From: Candidatus Omnitrophota bacterium
Lineage (GTDB): Bacteria; Omnitrophota; Gorgyraeia; Zapsychrales; Zapsychraceae
DNA: 55,258 nucleotides
Assembly: GCA_016214285.1 (NCBI GenBank)
Contig: JACROV010000041.1
Location: forward strand, 1 to 55,258
Reading direction: 5' to 3'
Shown: in pieces, positions 18,997 through 28,701 of the stretch
Layout of the letters: every line of letters starts with the position of its first letter
Numbering within the stretch: position 1 is the first letter of the stretch
The notes under the pieces: generated by a model
Databases searched by the model: none
What the model was told of the DNA's origin: nothing
What the model saw: the letters and a program-made list of their open reading frames with translations, nothing else
Made by a program: the position numbers and the translations under genes

Positions 18997-19024
18997 AAAA
19001 AAAAGGGGGGGCTTCTTGTCCCCC
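18997..19024 (-). terminator. Intrinsic terminator-like hairpin just upstream of uppS
   Basis: Minus strand GGGGG-ACAAGAAG-CCCCCCC-TTTTTTTT. Confidence 0.55.
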
Positions 19025-19082
19025 GTCACAGTACGCTACAGTATTCGGCAAAGGCTTCGTTATTAAAGCATGTCGCTGGCTT

Positions 19083-19182
19083 GCTTCGACTTTGCTCAGC
19101 ATCCTTCGAAGCATCCTGAGCTTGTCGGAAGGACACCACTCGCCCTGAGCAAGGCCCGCCTTAGGCGGGCCGCGTCGAAGGG
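19083..19182. repeat. Cluster of REP-like palindromes
   Basis: gcttcgactttgctcagc, cctgagcttgtcggaagg and ccctgagc-aaggcccgccttaggcgggcc-gcgtcgaaggg belong to the same family as 8374-8438. Confidence 0.75.
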
Positions 19183-19575
19183 CTAGGTGGCGCCGGCGGC
19201 AGTTGTTACATCGGACCTGGAATTACTCTGGCCCATCGGGATTGGAACCTGTTCCAGCTGTTGAATGCGCTGCTGCAGTGATTTCTGAAGGGTCGCGCCC
19301 TCTGCGACCCGCTCCTGCAATTGCGCATTCAAGGACTGTGTTTGTTCCAGCAATTTTTCCGCACTCCTGACTTTCGCCTGCGCGCGTTCCAGCTCATTTT
19401 CCAAATTACGGATCTGCGAGATGGTTTTTTCGAGACTTTCCTCGGCCGTTAAACGCGTGTACCGTTCGCTTTCCAGGACTTTTCTGGCCTGAAGGACATT
19501 CTGGTTAAAATGAATGGCCAAACCAAAACAAAACACCACCAATGCGACCGCCAAGACAATAGCAACGACTTTCAT
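19183..19575 (-). CDS. Membrane-anchored coiled-coil protein
   Basis: N-terminal hydrophobic helix followed by a heptad-rich E/Q/K/L region. Confidence 0.7.
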   Translation of the reverse strand: MKVVAIVLAVALVVFCFGLAIHFNQNVLQARKVLESERYTRLTAEESLEKTISQIRNLENELERAQAKVRSAEKLLEQTQSLNAQLQERVAEGATLQKSLQQRIQQLEQVPIPMGQSNSRSDVTTAAGAT

Positions 19576-19591
19576 AACTTAGGCCTCCCGA

Positions 19592-20203
19592 TCAACGTCC
19601 TTCCGTCGTTCTATTAGGAAGAATAACGATCTCCACACGGCGGTTCTTTTGCCGCCCTTCACTCGTCGAGTTATCGGCAACCGGCCGGAATTCTCCGTAT
19701 CCCGTGGCGGACAAACGCCCGGGCAAAAGATTATGCGTTTGAGCCAAATAATGTAAAACACTCAGCGCCCGCGCGCTGGATAATTCCCAATTCGTTTTCC
19801 ATCCGGAACGCTGGATCGGGACATCATCCGTATGCCCCTCAATGCCAACGGATAGATCTTTGACGGTCGTATTCAGAACATCCGCGATCTTATCCAGTTT
19901 TTCAAAAGAACTTTGCCGTAATTCAGCTTTTCCTGAACCGAACAAAACCTCGGCCACAAAGGTGATGACCAGCCCGCGGTCCATCATTTTCACGCTGACT
20001 TCCCGATCGCTGATCTCTTTGCTAAGCCGCGCTTCAAGTTCCGCCTTGGCTTGTTCAAGGCTGTTCAAACGGCCTTTAAGCTTAGCGATCTCTTCAACAT
20101 CCGAGCGTCTACCTTTTTGGAATACGATCGTGCAGCCGTTAACAGCGAAGACTAAGGCAAGGGTCGCGAATAGCGTGAAAAAATTTGAAGAAATCCGATA
20201 CAT
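19592..20203 (-). CDS. OmpA/MotB-like peptidoglycan-binding lipoprotein
   Basis: Lipobox VNGC, IEGHTD..PI, NWELSSARA, GYGEFRP, NRRVEI. Confidence 0.9.
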   Translation of the reverse strand: MYRISSNFFTLFATLALVFAVNGCTIVFQKGRRSDVEEIAKLKGRLNSLEQAKAELEARLSKEISDREVSVKMMDRGLVITFVAEVLFGSGKAELRQSSFEKLDKIADVLNTTVKDLSVGIEGHTDDVPIQRSGWKTNWELSSARALSVLHYLAQTHNLLPGRLSATGYGEFRPVADNSTSEGRQKNRRVEIVILPNRTTEGR

Positions 20204-20299
20204 CCAATCCTCCCGGATATTGTTAGCCCCACCGTAACATAGGCATAATTCAAAATCAAGCTCTTTATGACAACTTAAGCTCCTGCAACAAGATACGGC

Positions 20300-21571
20300 C
20301 TAACGGACAATAATTTCCGAGCGCTTTGTTCCAATGGAAATATATCTAACACCGACTTTCAGGAGCTTCTCAAGGCGCTCAATGTATTTGCGCGCGTTGG
20401 CAGGCAGTTGGCCGTAGGTACGCGCCCCGCTGATGTCCGTTTTCCAGCCGTCCAATTCCTCGTAGACAGGCTGAACATTGCTCAAAACCTCAAAATCCAT
20501 GGGAAAATTCTTGCAGATCTTCCCTTTATATTTGTATCCGGTGCATATTCGGATCTTATCAAGATCACCCAGGACATCCAGTTTCATGATGGCAAGTTCA
20601 TGGACATTGTTGATTATGACCGAATAGCGCACCAGCACACTGTCAAACCAGCCACAGCGTCTGGGCCGTCCGGTCGTGGAGCCAAACTCGTTACCTTTGG
20701 CGCGTATTTCATTTTTCAAACTGGAGGCGAATTCTGTCGGGAACGGCCCCTCCCCCACACGCGTCGTGTAGGCCTTGACGCAGGCGATGGTTTTATCGAT
20801 TCGCGTGGGAGCGACGCCGCTTCCCGTGCACAAGCCGCCGACTATGGAATTGGAGGACGTGACAAATGGATACGTGCCAAAATCAATATCCAGGAACGTC
20901 CCCTGCGCGCCTTCGAAAAGAACGGATTTTTTGTGATCCAGCGCATCATTTAAGTAAAGCGCGGCATCGCAGACGTAAGGGCTAAGTTTTTTCCCGTACT
21001 CCAGATACTCCTCGTAGATACCCCGGAATGAAAATCCCCTGGTGTTAAAAACTTTTTGGAAAATTTCGTTCTTTTCCCGGAGATTATCCTCCAGCTTGGA
21101 CTTAAGAACTCGCTGGTTCAAGAGATCAATGATACGGATCCCGCAGCGGCTGACCTTATCCGCGTAGCACGGGCCGATGCCGCGCCCCGTGGTCCCGATC
21201 TTGTTTTTTCGTTTCGATTCGCGCAGGCCGTCCAATATCCGGTGATACGGCATCACGACGTGGGCGTGCCCGGAGATCTTTAAGCGCTGGGCCCCCACTT
21301 TGATCCCGCGGCGCGCGAGATCATCGATCTCTTTTAAAAGAGCTTTCGGATCGACCACCACCCCGTTTCCGATCACACATACCTTTCCCTTGTGCAAAAT
21401 GGCGGAGGGCAGCAAGTGAAAAACATATTCCTGCTCACCGACGACAACCGTGTGCCCGGCGTTATTCCCGCCCTGGTAACGTACGGTGATATCACTGTGT
21501 TCGGAAAGGATGTCGATCAACTTTCCCTTTCCCTCATCCCCCCATTGCGAACCCACGACGACAATGTTCAT
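20300..21571 (-). CDS. purA: Adenylosuccinate synthetase
   Basis: QWGDEGKGK, GGNNAGHT, GTTGRGIGP, TTGRPRRCGW. Confidence 0.98.
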   Translation of the reverse strand: MNIVVVGSQWGDEGKGKLIDILSEHSDITVRYQGGNNAGHTVVVGEQEYVFHLLPSAILHKGKVCVIGNGVVVDPKALLKEIDDLARRGIKVGAQRLKISGHAHVVMPYHRILDGLRESKRKNKIGTTGRGIGPCYADKVSRCGIRIIDLLNQRVLKSKLEDNLREKNEIFQKVFNTRGFSFRGIYEEYLEYGKKLSPYVCDAALYLNDALDHKKSVLFEGAQGTFLDIDFGTYPFVTSSNSIVGGLCTGSGVAPTRIDKTIACVKAYTTRVGEGPFPTEFASSLKNEIRAKGNEFGSTTGRPRRCGWFDSVLVRYSVIINNVHELAIMKLDVLGDLDKIRICTGYKYKGKICKNFPMDFEVLSNVQPVYEELDGWKTDISGARTYGQLPANARKYIERLEKLLKVGVRYISIGTKRSEIIVR

Positions 21572-21580
21572 AAGGCACCT

Positions 21581-22300
21581 TTACGTTGCGATGAATAGAT
21601 AAATCAGCCCCATGCCAACAGCGATAAAAATGGCGGAACTGCTGATCCGCACCCATGAAATAACGTTGAGCAAATCATTGCGCAACTTCGCGCAGTGCCT
21701 GAGATAAAATATCATCCCCCATACTGCCGCTAACAAAAGCGTAAAAGCCAAACTGTACAAGACAAAAAATAAAGTGGCCAACAAAACATTGCGACGGGTA
21801 GACAGCAAATAATAAAATATGTAAATATTCTGATTTCTGGGCCACAATGAAACAATCAATACGGTCGCCACACCCAATATAACAGAGAAAAAAATAATGC
21901 CAACCTTTTTCTCCGCCGTTTCCTCCCGAAGGGAGCCTGCCGGCCGGCCTTCCCGCAAAAATAACGGCAGCCATTGCTTCGCTGATTGCGTTTTGTCCAG
22001 CCGCCAATGTTGAAACAGCAAATATCCGATAGTCAGCAGGAATACGGCCACACCCAGCGAAAGAAAATGGATGATACGGTTGACCGCAGGATGTTCCAGC
22101 CAGAGTCCCCACGTCAGAAAAAATGTCAACAAAAAAACGGTGCCTGCCGTGAACTTGCCGGCGAGAGCGATGTGCCGCGGTGTATCCCCGACAAGTGCCA
22201 GAAAAGTCAAAAAACAAAGAACCATCGACAGCGTGTAAGGATTACCACTGTCCTGGATCCCCAAGGTGATCGCCGAGACCATATAATCCATGAAGGTCAT
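21581..22300 (-). CDS. Polytopic membrane protein, degenerate CcdA/DsbD-TM-like
   Basis: About 6 TM helices. GIQDSGNPY resembles the G.xDx.NPC motif, and LFFVLYSLAF resembles Y..LYN..F. Confidence 0.55.
   Translation of the reverse strand: MTFMDYMVSAITLGIQDSGNPYTLSMVLCFLTFLALVGDTPRHIALAGKFTAGTVFLLTFFLTWGLWLEHPAVNRIIHFLSLGVAVFLLTIGYLLFQHWRLDKTQSAKQWLPLFLREGRPAGSLREETAEKKVGIIFFSVILGVATVLIVSLWPRNQNIYIFYYLLSTRRNVLLATLFFVLYSLAFTLLLAAVWGMIFYLRHCAKLRNDLLNVISWVRISSSAIFIAVGMGLIYLFIAT
21922..21945. repeat. Short palindromic repeat inside CDS (copy of 33551-33575)
   Basis: cctcccgaagggagcctgc-cggcc is the reverse complement of ggccgagcaggctcccttcgggagg, with a 1-nt gap. Confidence 0.7.
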
Positions 22301-22308
22301 ATCAGCCT

Positions 22309-23895
22309 TTAGACTTTCAGCAGTTTCACGTACAAGACATCTTTGGTGCTGCCCAGCCGTTCGATCGTTTTTTCCGGAACGTTGCTGTCCACGTTAACGG
22401 CGCTGATCGCCAGTCCACCGGGAGCTTCGCGCCCCAGCGTGATCCCTGCGATGTTGATCTTGGCCTCGGCCAGCAATGTCCCGATCGCGCCGACCAATCC
22501 GGGTTTATCATTGTTCTGAATGAACAAGATATATCCATCAGGGACTGCCTCCATATAAACATTGTTGATCTTGACGATACGCGGTTTTTGGTTGGCCGAC
22601 AATGTCCCCTGGATCGCGAAAGGTTCTTTATCCGTCTTGACTTCCACGCGGATGGCGTTAACAAACTCTTCTTCCATGGTCGAAACAACTTCATGGACCC
22701 TGATCGCCCGCTCCTTGGCGATCTCCAGGGCATTGATGAAATTGACGGTTTCCCCCAGGATCGGCGTTAAAAGGCCGTTGACCAAAGATAATGTGACCGG
22801 GGCCACCTTATATTTGCTCACCACCCCGCTGTAGGTGATCTTCACGGCGCTGATGCGCCCGGTGATCAGTTGTCCGGAAAATTTTCCCATCCGGTACGCG
22901 AGGTTGATATACGGCTCCAAAGTCTTGTACGCTTCCGCGTCGACCGTCGGGAAATTGGCCGCGTTCATGATGCCCTTGCCCAGGAGAGCGTTGCGGATCG
23001 TTTCGGCGATCTCAATGGCGACGTTGATCTGCGCTTCGGATGTCGAAGCTCCCAAATGAGGCGTCATGATGCAATTATCGAATTTTAACAATGGGGAATC
23101 CGCGGGAAGCGGCTCTTCATCAAAAACATCCAGCGCGGCACCGGCGATCCTTTTTTCCGCCAGCGCCTTGGCGAGCGCGGCTTCATCCACGATCCCGCCG
23201 CGGGCGCAGTTGATCAAACGAGCCGTTTTTTTCATTGATTGAAATTCCGCCTCTCCGATCAAATTTTTTGTTTCCGCGCTTTTGGGAATATGAATGGTGA
23301 TATAATCGGATCCCCTGATCAACGCTTTAAGGTCGACCATGTGCACGCCAAGCGTGGCACCGACTTCCAGCGAGATGTAGGGGTCGAAAACAATGACCGG
23401 CATGCTGAAAGCTTTGGCGTAACGCGCCACTGTCGAGCCGATCCGGCCGAAACCGATGATCCCCAGCGTTTTTCCGTGAAGCTCAACGCCGCTGAATTTG
23501 GAGCGTTCCCACTTCCCCGCCTTGACCGAGGCGCAGGCTTGCGGGATGTTACGGGACAAGGCGAGGATCATGCTCATCGTGTGTTCCGCCGTCGAAGTGG
23601 TATTTCCAGCCGGGGTGTTTATGGCCACAATTCCTTTTTGGGTCGCGGCCTTTAAATCCACATTATCCAACCCCACCCCCGCGCGGCCGATGAACTTCAA
23701 GCGCGCGGCCGCCCGGATGATATCCTCCGTGACTTTCGTGCTGCTGCGCACGATCAAGGCGTCGTAATCCTTGATGATCGCCTTTAATTGTTCCGGCTTC
23801 AGGTCGATCTTATAGTCGACCTGAAATTCCTTGACGGCCTGTAATATTTTCAAACCTTCGTCGGCAAGTTGGTCGCTGACAAGTATTCTGCTCAT
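22309..23895 (-). CDS. serA: D-3-phosphoglycerate dehydrogenase
   Basis: RAGVGLDNVD, GIIGFGRIG, NCARGG, TPHLGAST, C-terminal ASB and ACT domains. Confidence 0.97.
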   Translation of the reverse strand: MSRILVSDQLADEGLKILQAVKEFQVDYKIDLKPEQLKAIIKDYDALIVRSSTKVTEDIIRAAARLKFIGRAGVGLDNVDLKAATQKGIVAINTPAGNTTSTAEHTMSMILALSRNIPQACASVKAGKWERSKFSGVELHGKTLGIIGFGRIGSTVARYAKAFSMPVIVFDPYISLEVGATLGVHMVDLKALIRGSDYITIHIPKSAETKNLIGEAEFQSMKKTARLINCARGGIVDEAALAKALAEKRIAGAALDVFDEEPLPADSPLLKFDNCIMTPHLGASTSEAQINVAIEIAETIRNALLGKGIMNAANFPTVDAEAYKTLEPYINLAYRMGKFSGQLITGRISAVKITYSGVVSKYKVAPVTLSLVNGLLTPILGETVNFINALEIAKERAIRVHEVVSTMEEEFVNAIRVEVKTDKEPFAIQGTLSANQKPRIVKINNVYMEAVPDGYILFIQNNDKPGLVGAIGTLLAEAKINIAGITLGREAPGGLAISAVNVDSNVPEKTIERLGSTKDVLYVKLLKV

Positions 23896-23919
23896 TACGA
23901 CTCCTCTCGATCTTACGTC

Positions 23920-25065
23920 CTATGTATTAAATACCTTTTGCGCGGCTGCAACACCGGATCCCAACGTAAATTTATATCCCAGTTTCAATAAAACTTTTTC
24001 CAAACAGGATATGCCCGTCAGGATATCATATTCGTCAACGCAGCCCATATGGGCGATGCGGATGATCTTCCCCTTGAGCGAATCCTGCCCGCCGGCGACC
24101 GAGATCCCGTGGGTGTCGCGCATGATCTTGACCACTTTATTGCCGTCCACCTCCGGCGGAAGCTTGATGGCCGTCAGGACATTGGACTGGCATGATTCAT
24201 CCGTGAAGATCGACAATCCCAGCGCCTTGGCCGCTTCCCGCGTGCCTTTGGCCAGCCGCGCGTAAGAGGCGAACAAATTGGGCAGGCCTTCCTGCTTCAT
24301 GCGCCGCAGGCTTTCATTAAGCGCGATGACGATACCGATGGCCGGCGTAAAAGGCGTATCGATATCCGCCATGGCTTCTTTGGACTTGCGCAGATCAAAA
24401 TAATAGCGCGGGCTTTCGCAGGTTTCGACCAGCTTAAACGCCTTTGGACTTAACGAAATGAACGCCAGCCCCGGTGGAAGCATGAACCCTTTATGCCCGG
24501 CGGAAACAACCACGTCGACGCCCCAGTTGTCCATCTGCAGATCGATGATTCCGAGTCCGCTAATCGCGTCAACGACCAGGACCGCGCCGGTATCGCGGAC
24601 AACGCGGGCAGCCGCCTCAACATCGGTCGTGACCCCGGTGGATGTTTCGCTCTGCGTGATAAAAACCGCTTTGATATCCTTGTGCGCGTCGAGTATTTTC
24701 TTGATCTGCGCCGGGTCAACCGCCTTGCCCCACGGGACCTGGATCACATGCGGTTCAACCCCGTAACTGCGGCAAAGCTCGCTCCAGCGCTCGCCGAATT
24801 TTCCGCCTTCGACCGTAATGGCCTTATCTCCTGGGGAAAGCAGATTGCACACGGACGCTTCCATCGCTCCCGTCCCGGAGCAGGTGAGCAGATAAACATC
24901 ATTTTTTGTCTGGAAAACCTGTTTTAACCCTTCGACGGCTTCTTTAAGGTTCTCCTGGAACTGCGGCGTGCGGTGATGGATGATCGGCCGCCCCAACGCC
25001 GCGCAAATTTCCGGCGGGATCTGGGTCGGTCCGGGGGTAAGCAGCAAATTGCGTTTCATGGTCAA
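23920..25065 (-). CDS. Class V PLP aminotransferase (alanine-glyoxylate family; probable phosphoserine aminotransferase)
   Basis: LLTPGPT, SGTGAME, ETSTG, VDAIS, GHKGFMLPPG, adjacent to serA. Confidence 0.9.
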   Translation of the reverse strand: MTMKRNLLLTPGPTQIPPEICAALGRPIIHHRTPQFQENLKEAVEGLKQVFQTKNDVYLLTCSGTGAMEASVCNLLSPGDKAITVEGGKFGERWSELCRSYGVEPHVIQVPWGKAVDPAQIKKILDAHKDIKAVFITQSETSTGVTTDVEAAARVVRDTGAVLVVDAISGLGIIDLQMDNWGVDVVVSAGHKGFMLPPGLAFISLSPKAFKLVETCESPRYYFDLRKSKEAMADIDTPFTPAIGIVIALNESLRRMKQEGLPNLFASYARLAKGTREAAKALGLSIFTDESCQSNVLTAIKLPPEVDGNKVVKIMRDTHGISVAGGQDSLKGKIIRIAHMGCVDEYDILTGISCLEKVLLKLGYKFTLGSGVAAAQKVFNT

Positions 25066-25096
25066 ATACCTTTCTGTCTAAAACTCAAATTAATGC

Positions 25097-25711
25097 CTAG
25101 CTTTTCTTTGTTGTGCGTATGCTTGTAATGACTTCATCAACCAGTCCGTACTCTCTGGCTTCTTCCGCGCTCATATAAAAATCCCGGTCGGAGTCCCTGT
25201 GGATCCGCTCGAGCGGTTGTCCGGTATGATTTGCCAATATTTGGCTCAAGGTTTCCTTCATCCGCAGGATTTCTTTGGCCTGGATCGAAATGTCACTGGC
25301 CGTTCCCTGCGTGCCGCCCCAGGGCTGATGGATCATGATCCGCGAGTACGGCAAAGCGAATCGTTTGCCTTTGGCGCCGGCCGCCAATAGCAGCGACCCC
25401 ATGCTCGCGGCCTGGCCCAAACAAAAAGTGGAAACATCAGGTTTTACGAACTGCATCGTATCGTAAATGGCCAGTCCCGCCGTGACCGAACCACCCGGCG
25501 AATTGATGTACACGCTGATATCTTTGTTCGCGTCTTCGCTTTGTAAAAAAAGCAATTGCGCGATGATGAGATTGGCAACGCTATCATCGATAGCGGTGCC
25601 GATAAAAACGATCCTTTCTTTGAGCAGCCGCGAATAAATGTCGTAGGCGCGTTCACCCTGTGACGTTTTCTCGACGACCATCGGGACAAGCACTTGCGAT
25701 TTCGGATCCAT
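25097..25711 (-). CDS. clpP: ATP-dependent Clp protease proteolytic subunit
   Basis: [26 protein letters not shown]. Confidence 0.98.
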   Translation of the reverse strand: MDPKSQVLVPMVVEKTSQGERAYDIYSRLLKERIVFIGTAIDDSVANLIIAQLLFLQSEDANKDISVYINSPGGSVTAGLAIYDTMQFVKPDVSTFCLGQAASMGSLLLAAGAKGKRFALPYSRIMIHQPWGGTQGTASDISIQAKEILRMKETLSQILANHTGQPLERIHRDSDRDFYMSAEEAREYGLVDEVITSIRTTKKS

Positions 25712-25712
25712 C

Positions 25713-26606
25713 TTATTTTGCCTCCTCCCATTCTGCTTCTTTAAGTAAAAATTCCATGACCTTCACGGCCAGATTTTCGTTTTCCTTGACCGGTATGCTT
25801 TCTTGTTCGGCAATTTTGTCGAGGATCAAATATATGCGAATGTCTTTTTCAACGGATCCTTCGAGCTGCGGAAGGATCTCCTCTTCTTTCTTCCTGTTCT
25901 CCTCAGGGGATAGTCCCTGCGACGCGAGCCGCCTGCGGATATCTTCGAGCCGGTGCGCCAGCTGCTTTTTGACCATTGAAGCCGGCGTTGTCAATTGGGC
26001 CTTTTTCAGGAGATGCTCCGCGACCTGATTCTCGACATCCATCCGGTTGTGACGGTCTTTATCGATCTCCAGTTGACGGGTGAGCGACCTGGTGAATTCT
26101 TCAAGGCTGGGGAAACCCAACCCATGGGCGAAAGCGTCATCGATGGTGACCTCTTTGCCTTCCCCCTGGCCTTTCTTGAAAAATTCCAGAGTCTTATTGA
26201 GTTCTTCCGTTGTAACGGTTGAGCTTTTGCGCGTGACCTTGATCTTTTTGTAATCACTGATCTTGACTTCGGGTTTGACGTCCAGCTTGGCGGTAAAGGT
26301 CACCTTGCCCTCGTTGATATTTACGTCCAGAATTTCCGGCAGGTCGATCGGCCTGATCTTTTCTTTCTCCAGCCCCTCCTGATAAACCTCAGGGATCAGC
26401 TCTTTCATGACCTCTTCCCGGGCGAGCCTGTTGTGTTGGGATTCAAGGATATGCCGCGGGACCTTGCCTTGCCGGAATCCTTTCACTTTCACCACTTTTC
26501 CGAGCTCTTCATAGACCTTGTCGAATTTTTCTGAGACGCGCTCCCGCGGGACTTCGAATTTCAATTCCCACCGGTTTGCGTCGAGCTTCTTAACGGCTAA
26601 TTTCAT
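25713..26606 (-). CDS. tig: Trigger factor lacking the FKBP PPIase domain
   Basis: GFRQGKVP ribosome-binding signature, upstream of clpP, only 297 aa. Confidence 0.9.
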   Translation of the reverse strand: MKLAVKKLDANRWELKFEVPRERVSEKFDKVYEELGKVVKVKGFRQGKVPRHILESQHNRLAREEVMKELIPEVYQEGLEKEKIRPIDLPEILDVNINEGKVTFTAKLDVKPEVKISDYKKIKVTRKSSTVTTEELNKTLEFFKKGQGEGKEVTIDDAFAHGLGFPSLEEFTRSLTRQLEIDKDRHNRMDVENQVAEHLLKKAQLTTPASMVKKQLAHRLEDIRRRLASQGLSPEENRKKEEEILPQLEGSVEKDIRIYLILDKIAEQESIPVKENENLAVKVMEFLLKEAEWEEAK

Positions 26607-26638
26607 GAATTGACTGCCTCCTCCAGGATTGATTGACG

Positions 26639-27367
26639 TTACATTCTAAACTTTTCACCAAGATAAATCTTTTTCGCCTCCGGATCGTTGATCAGATCCT
26701 GCGCCGTGCCCGAGATAAGGATCTTTCCATCGGCGATCAGATACGCCCGGTCCGTAATGGAAAGTGTTTCCCTTACATTATGATCTGTCAAAAGGATCCC
26801 CAGCCCGCGCTGTTTTAAATTTCTAATGATCTCCTGCGCTTCCGCTACTACGATCGGATCAATGCCGGAAAAAGGTTCGTCCAGCAAAAGAAACGACGGG
26901 TTCGTCACCAATGCCCGGGTAATTTCAAGACGACGACGTTCCCCCCCCGACAACGTGTAGGCCTTATTCTTGGCCAGGTGCGCGATGTTCAATTCTTCCA
27001 GTAAAGACTGCAGCCGTTTCTTGCGTTCCCGCGGGCTAAGCGGCAAAGTTTCCAGGATCGCCAGGATGTTCTCGGCAACGGTCAGTTTCCGGAAGATCGA
27101 CGGCTCCTGCGCCAGATATCCCATTCCCAGCTTGCACCGCTCATGGATGGACTTATAAGTGATATTTTCATTATCAAAGAATATTTCGCCCGCGTTCGGT
27201 TTAATAATACCGACGGCCATATAAAAGGTGGTCGTCTTGCCGGCACCGTTGGGACCCAGCAGTCCGACAATTTCCGAACGGCCGACGGAAATGCTCAATC
27301 CGTCCACGACCTGGCGTTGACCGTACTTCTTGACCAGATTTCTAGTTTCCAAGAGCTGTAATGGCAT
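26639..27367 (-). CDS. lptB: LPS export ABC transporter ATPase
   Basis: GPNGAGKTT, YLAQEPSIFRKL, LSGGERRR, LDEPFSG, TDHNVRETL. Confidence 0.97.
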   Translation of the reverse strand: MPLQLLETRNLVKKYGQRQVVDGLSISVGRSEIVGLLGPNGAGKTTTFYMAVGIIKPNAGEIFFDNENITYKSIHERCKLGMGYLAQEPSIFRKLTVAENILAILETLPLSPRERKKRLQSLLEELNIAHLAKNKAYTLSGGERRRLEITRALVTNPSFLLLDEPFSGIDPIVVAEAQEIIRNLKQRGLGILLTDHNVRETLSITDRAYLIADGKILISGTAQDLINDPEAKKIYLGEKFRM

Positions 27368-28169
27368 TGTCCCCTTCAGTGACCAGGATGAGTTTCGGCC
27401 GGCCGGAAAGCGTCAGGCGTTTTTCCTCGCCGTTATAAACGGCCTTGTCGGCAAATGACTGGTTGGCTCCACGGATGATCACGACATGGCCGGTGCAGAT
27501 CATGTTTTTAATTCCCTTTTTAGTTTCATCGAAATAAATTTCCATCCGGTCGGCCTTCAAGGTCTGGTCCGTCTGCACGGCAACGACATTATCCTCAAAG
27601 ACCGCGTACGATTTGCTCTGGTCGATCTCCATCGGCCCATCGGAGGTGATGGTTATAGTCGATGTGATCTCCGAATCGGGTTTTGTGTCCATCGTGACGG
27701 TCACATCCTGGTCGATCTGCGCCGTTTTCATGGCCGGATGCGCTTCCATCCCCGTGCCGGTCATCGTCATGTCCTTATCCGTGATCCTGACATCATCTTT
27801 TGTTTTGACCAGATCTTCGTTACGGTTCCAGTCCAACGAATCGGTCGTCATCCGGGTTCCCCGCTCGCTGGTAATGACGACATCTTTTTCCAGGTGGATC
27901 GTGCTGCTCTTCTGATCGATCGTTCCGGTCTTGGCCGTCAGATAGACTTTTTCTTCGCCGTAGGACTCGGCGTCCACGTTTGAGATCTTGATTTTGTCGC
28001 CCAAAATATCGGCGTTGTCTCCGTTAACGGTCCAGGCTTTTTTCCCGTCTTCGGTATATCCCTGAAGATTGAAGCCCTCAAATTGCTGGCCGGGCTCACC
28101 GGCCCAGACAACTTCGGTTGCCCCCATCATAACAATCAGTAATAACGAAAATATGCGATTTTCTTGCAT
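27342..28169 (-). CDS. lptC: LptC-LptA(OstA) fusion, LPS transport periplasmic protein
   Basis: LptC-like half (KKAW, TDSLDW, GTGM) followed by an OstA-like half (AVFEDNVVA..LKADRM..ADKAVY..LTLSGRP), between kdsC and lptB. Confidence 0.8.
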   Translation of the reverse strand: MQENRIFSLLLIVMMGATEVVWAGEPGQQFEGFNLQGYTEDGKKAWTVNGDNADILGDKIKISNVDAESYGEEKVYLTAKTGTIDQKSSTIHLEKDVVITSERGTRMTTDSLDWNRNEDLVKTKDDVRITDKDMTMTGTGMEAHPAMKTAQIDQDVTVTMDTKPDSEITSTITITSDGPMEIDQSKSYAVFEDNVVAVQTDQTLKADRMEIYFDETKKGIKNMICTGHVVIIRGANQSFADKAVYNGEEKRLTLSGRPKLILVTEGDNAITALGN

Positions 28170-28173
28170 GTGA

Positions 28174-28701
28174 TCATTTTTCCATCTGCGCGACGATATT
28201 CTTCCATTTCCCCTGCGCCTTGAGAATTAATTCAATCACTTCACGTACCGCCCCGGCACCCCCTCTGCGTGTCGTCACGTAATGGGCGATTTTTTTAAGC
28301 TCATCCATGGCATTGGGCACGGCAACGGCAAGACCAACCCGTTTTAATACCGGCAGGTCCGGGAGGTCATCACCCATAAAACAGACTTGTTCGTCCGTAC
28401 AGCCTGACTCACGGATCAAACGTTCGTAGGCGCTTGTTTTAGGATACGCATCCTGACAGATTTTGTCAATTTTTAAGTCTTCGGCACGGGCCGTCACTGC
28501 TGGCGATGAGCGTGCCGAAAGAATGGCCGTCTTTATTCCCGCCTGGCGCAATAACACAAGCCCGAAACCATCTTGCACGTCGAAAAATTTGAGTTCTTTT
28601 CCCTGCGCGTCCACGACGATCTTACCATCCGTCAGGACACCATCCACGTCCATGGCCAGAAGTTTTATTTTATTTAGCTTTGTTTTCAGCGTCTTGTTCA
28701 T
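28174..28701 (-). CDS. kdsC: KDO 8-phosphate phosphatase
   Basis: DVDGVLTDG, FDVQDG, GDDLPD, GGAGAVRE. Confidence 0.95.
   Translation of the reverse strand: MNKTLKTKLNKIKLLAMDVDGVLTDGKIVVDAQGKELKFFDVQDGFGLVLLRQAGIKTAILSARSSPAVTARAEDLKIDKICQDAYPKTSAYERLIRESGCTDEQVCFMGDDLPDLPVLKRVGLAVAVPNAMDELKKIAHYVTTRRGGAGAVREVIELILKAQGKWKNIVAQMEK

Noticed and set aside
19005-19035. ykkC/guanidine-I-like riboswitch (GGGACAAGAAGCCC)
   Set aside because: Only the 3' hairpin resembles it. The GGGAG tail and 5' TAGGGTTCCG region are absent.
18995-19114. 40-aa N-terminal extension of UppS
   Set aside because: It is read through a palindrome and terminator-like hairpin. Homology begins at ATG 18994.
26607-26638. 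tRNA gene often found upstream of tig
   Set aside because: The gap is only 32 nt and no cloverleaf was seen here or in other gaps.
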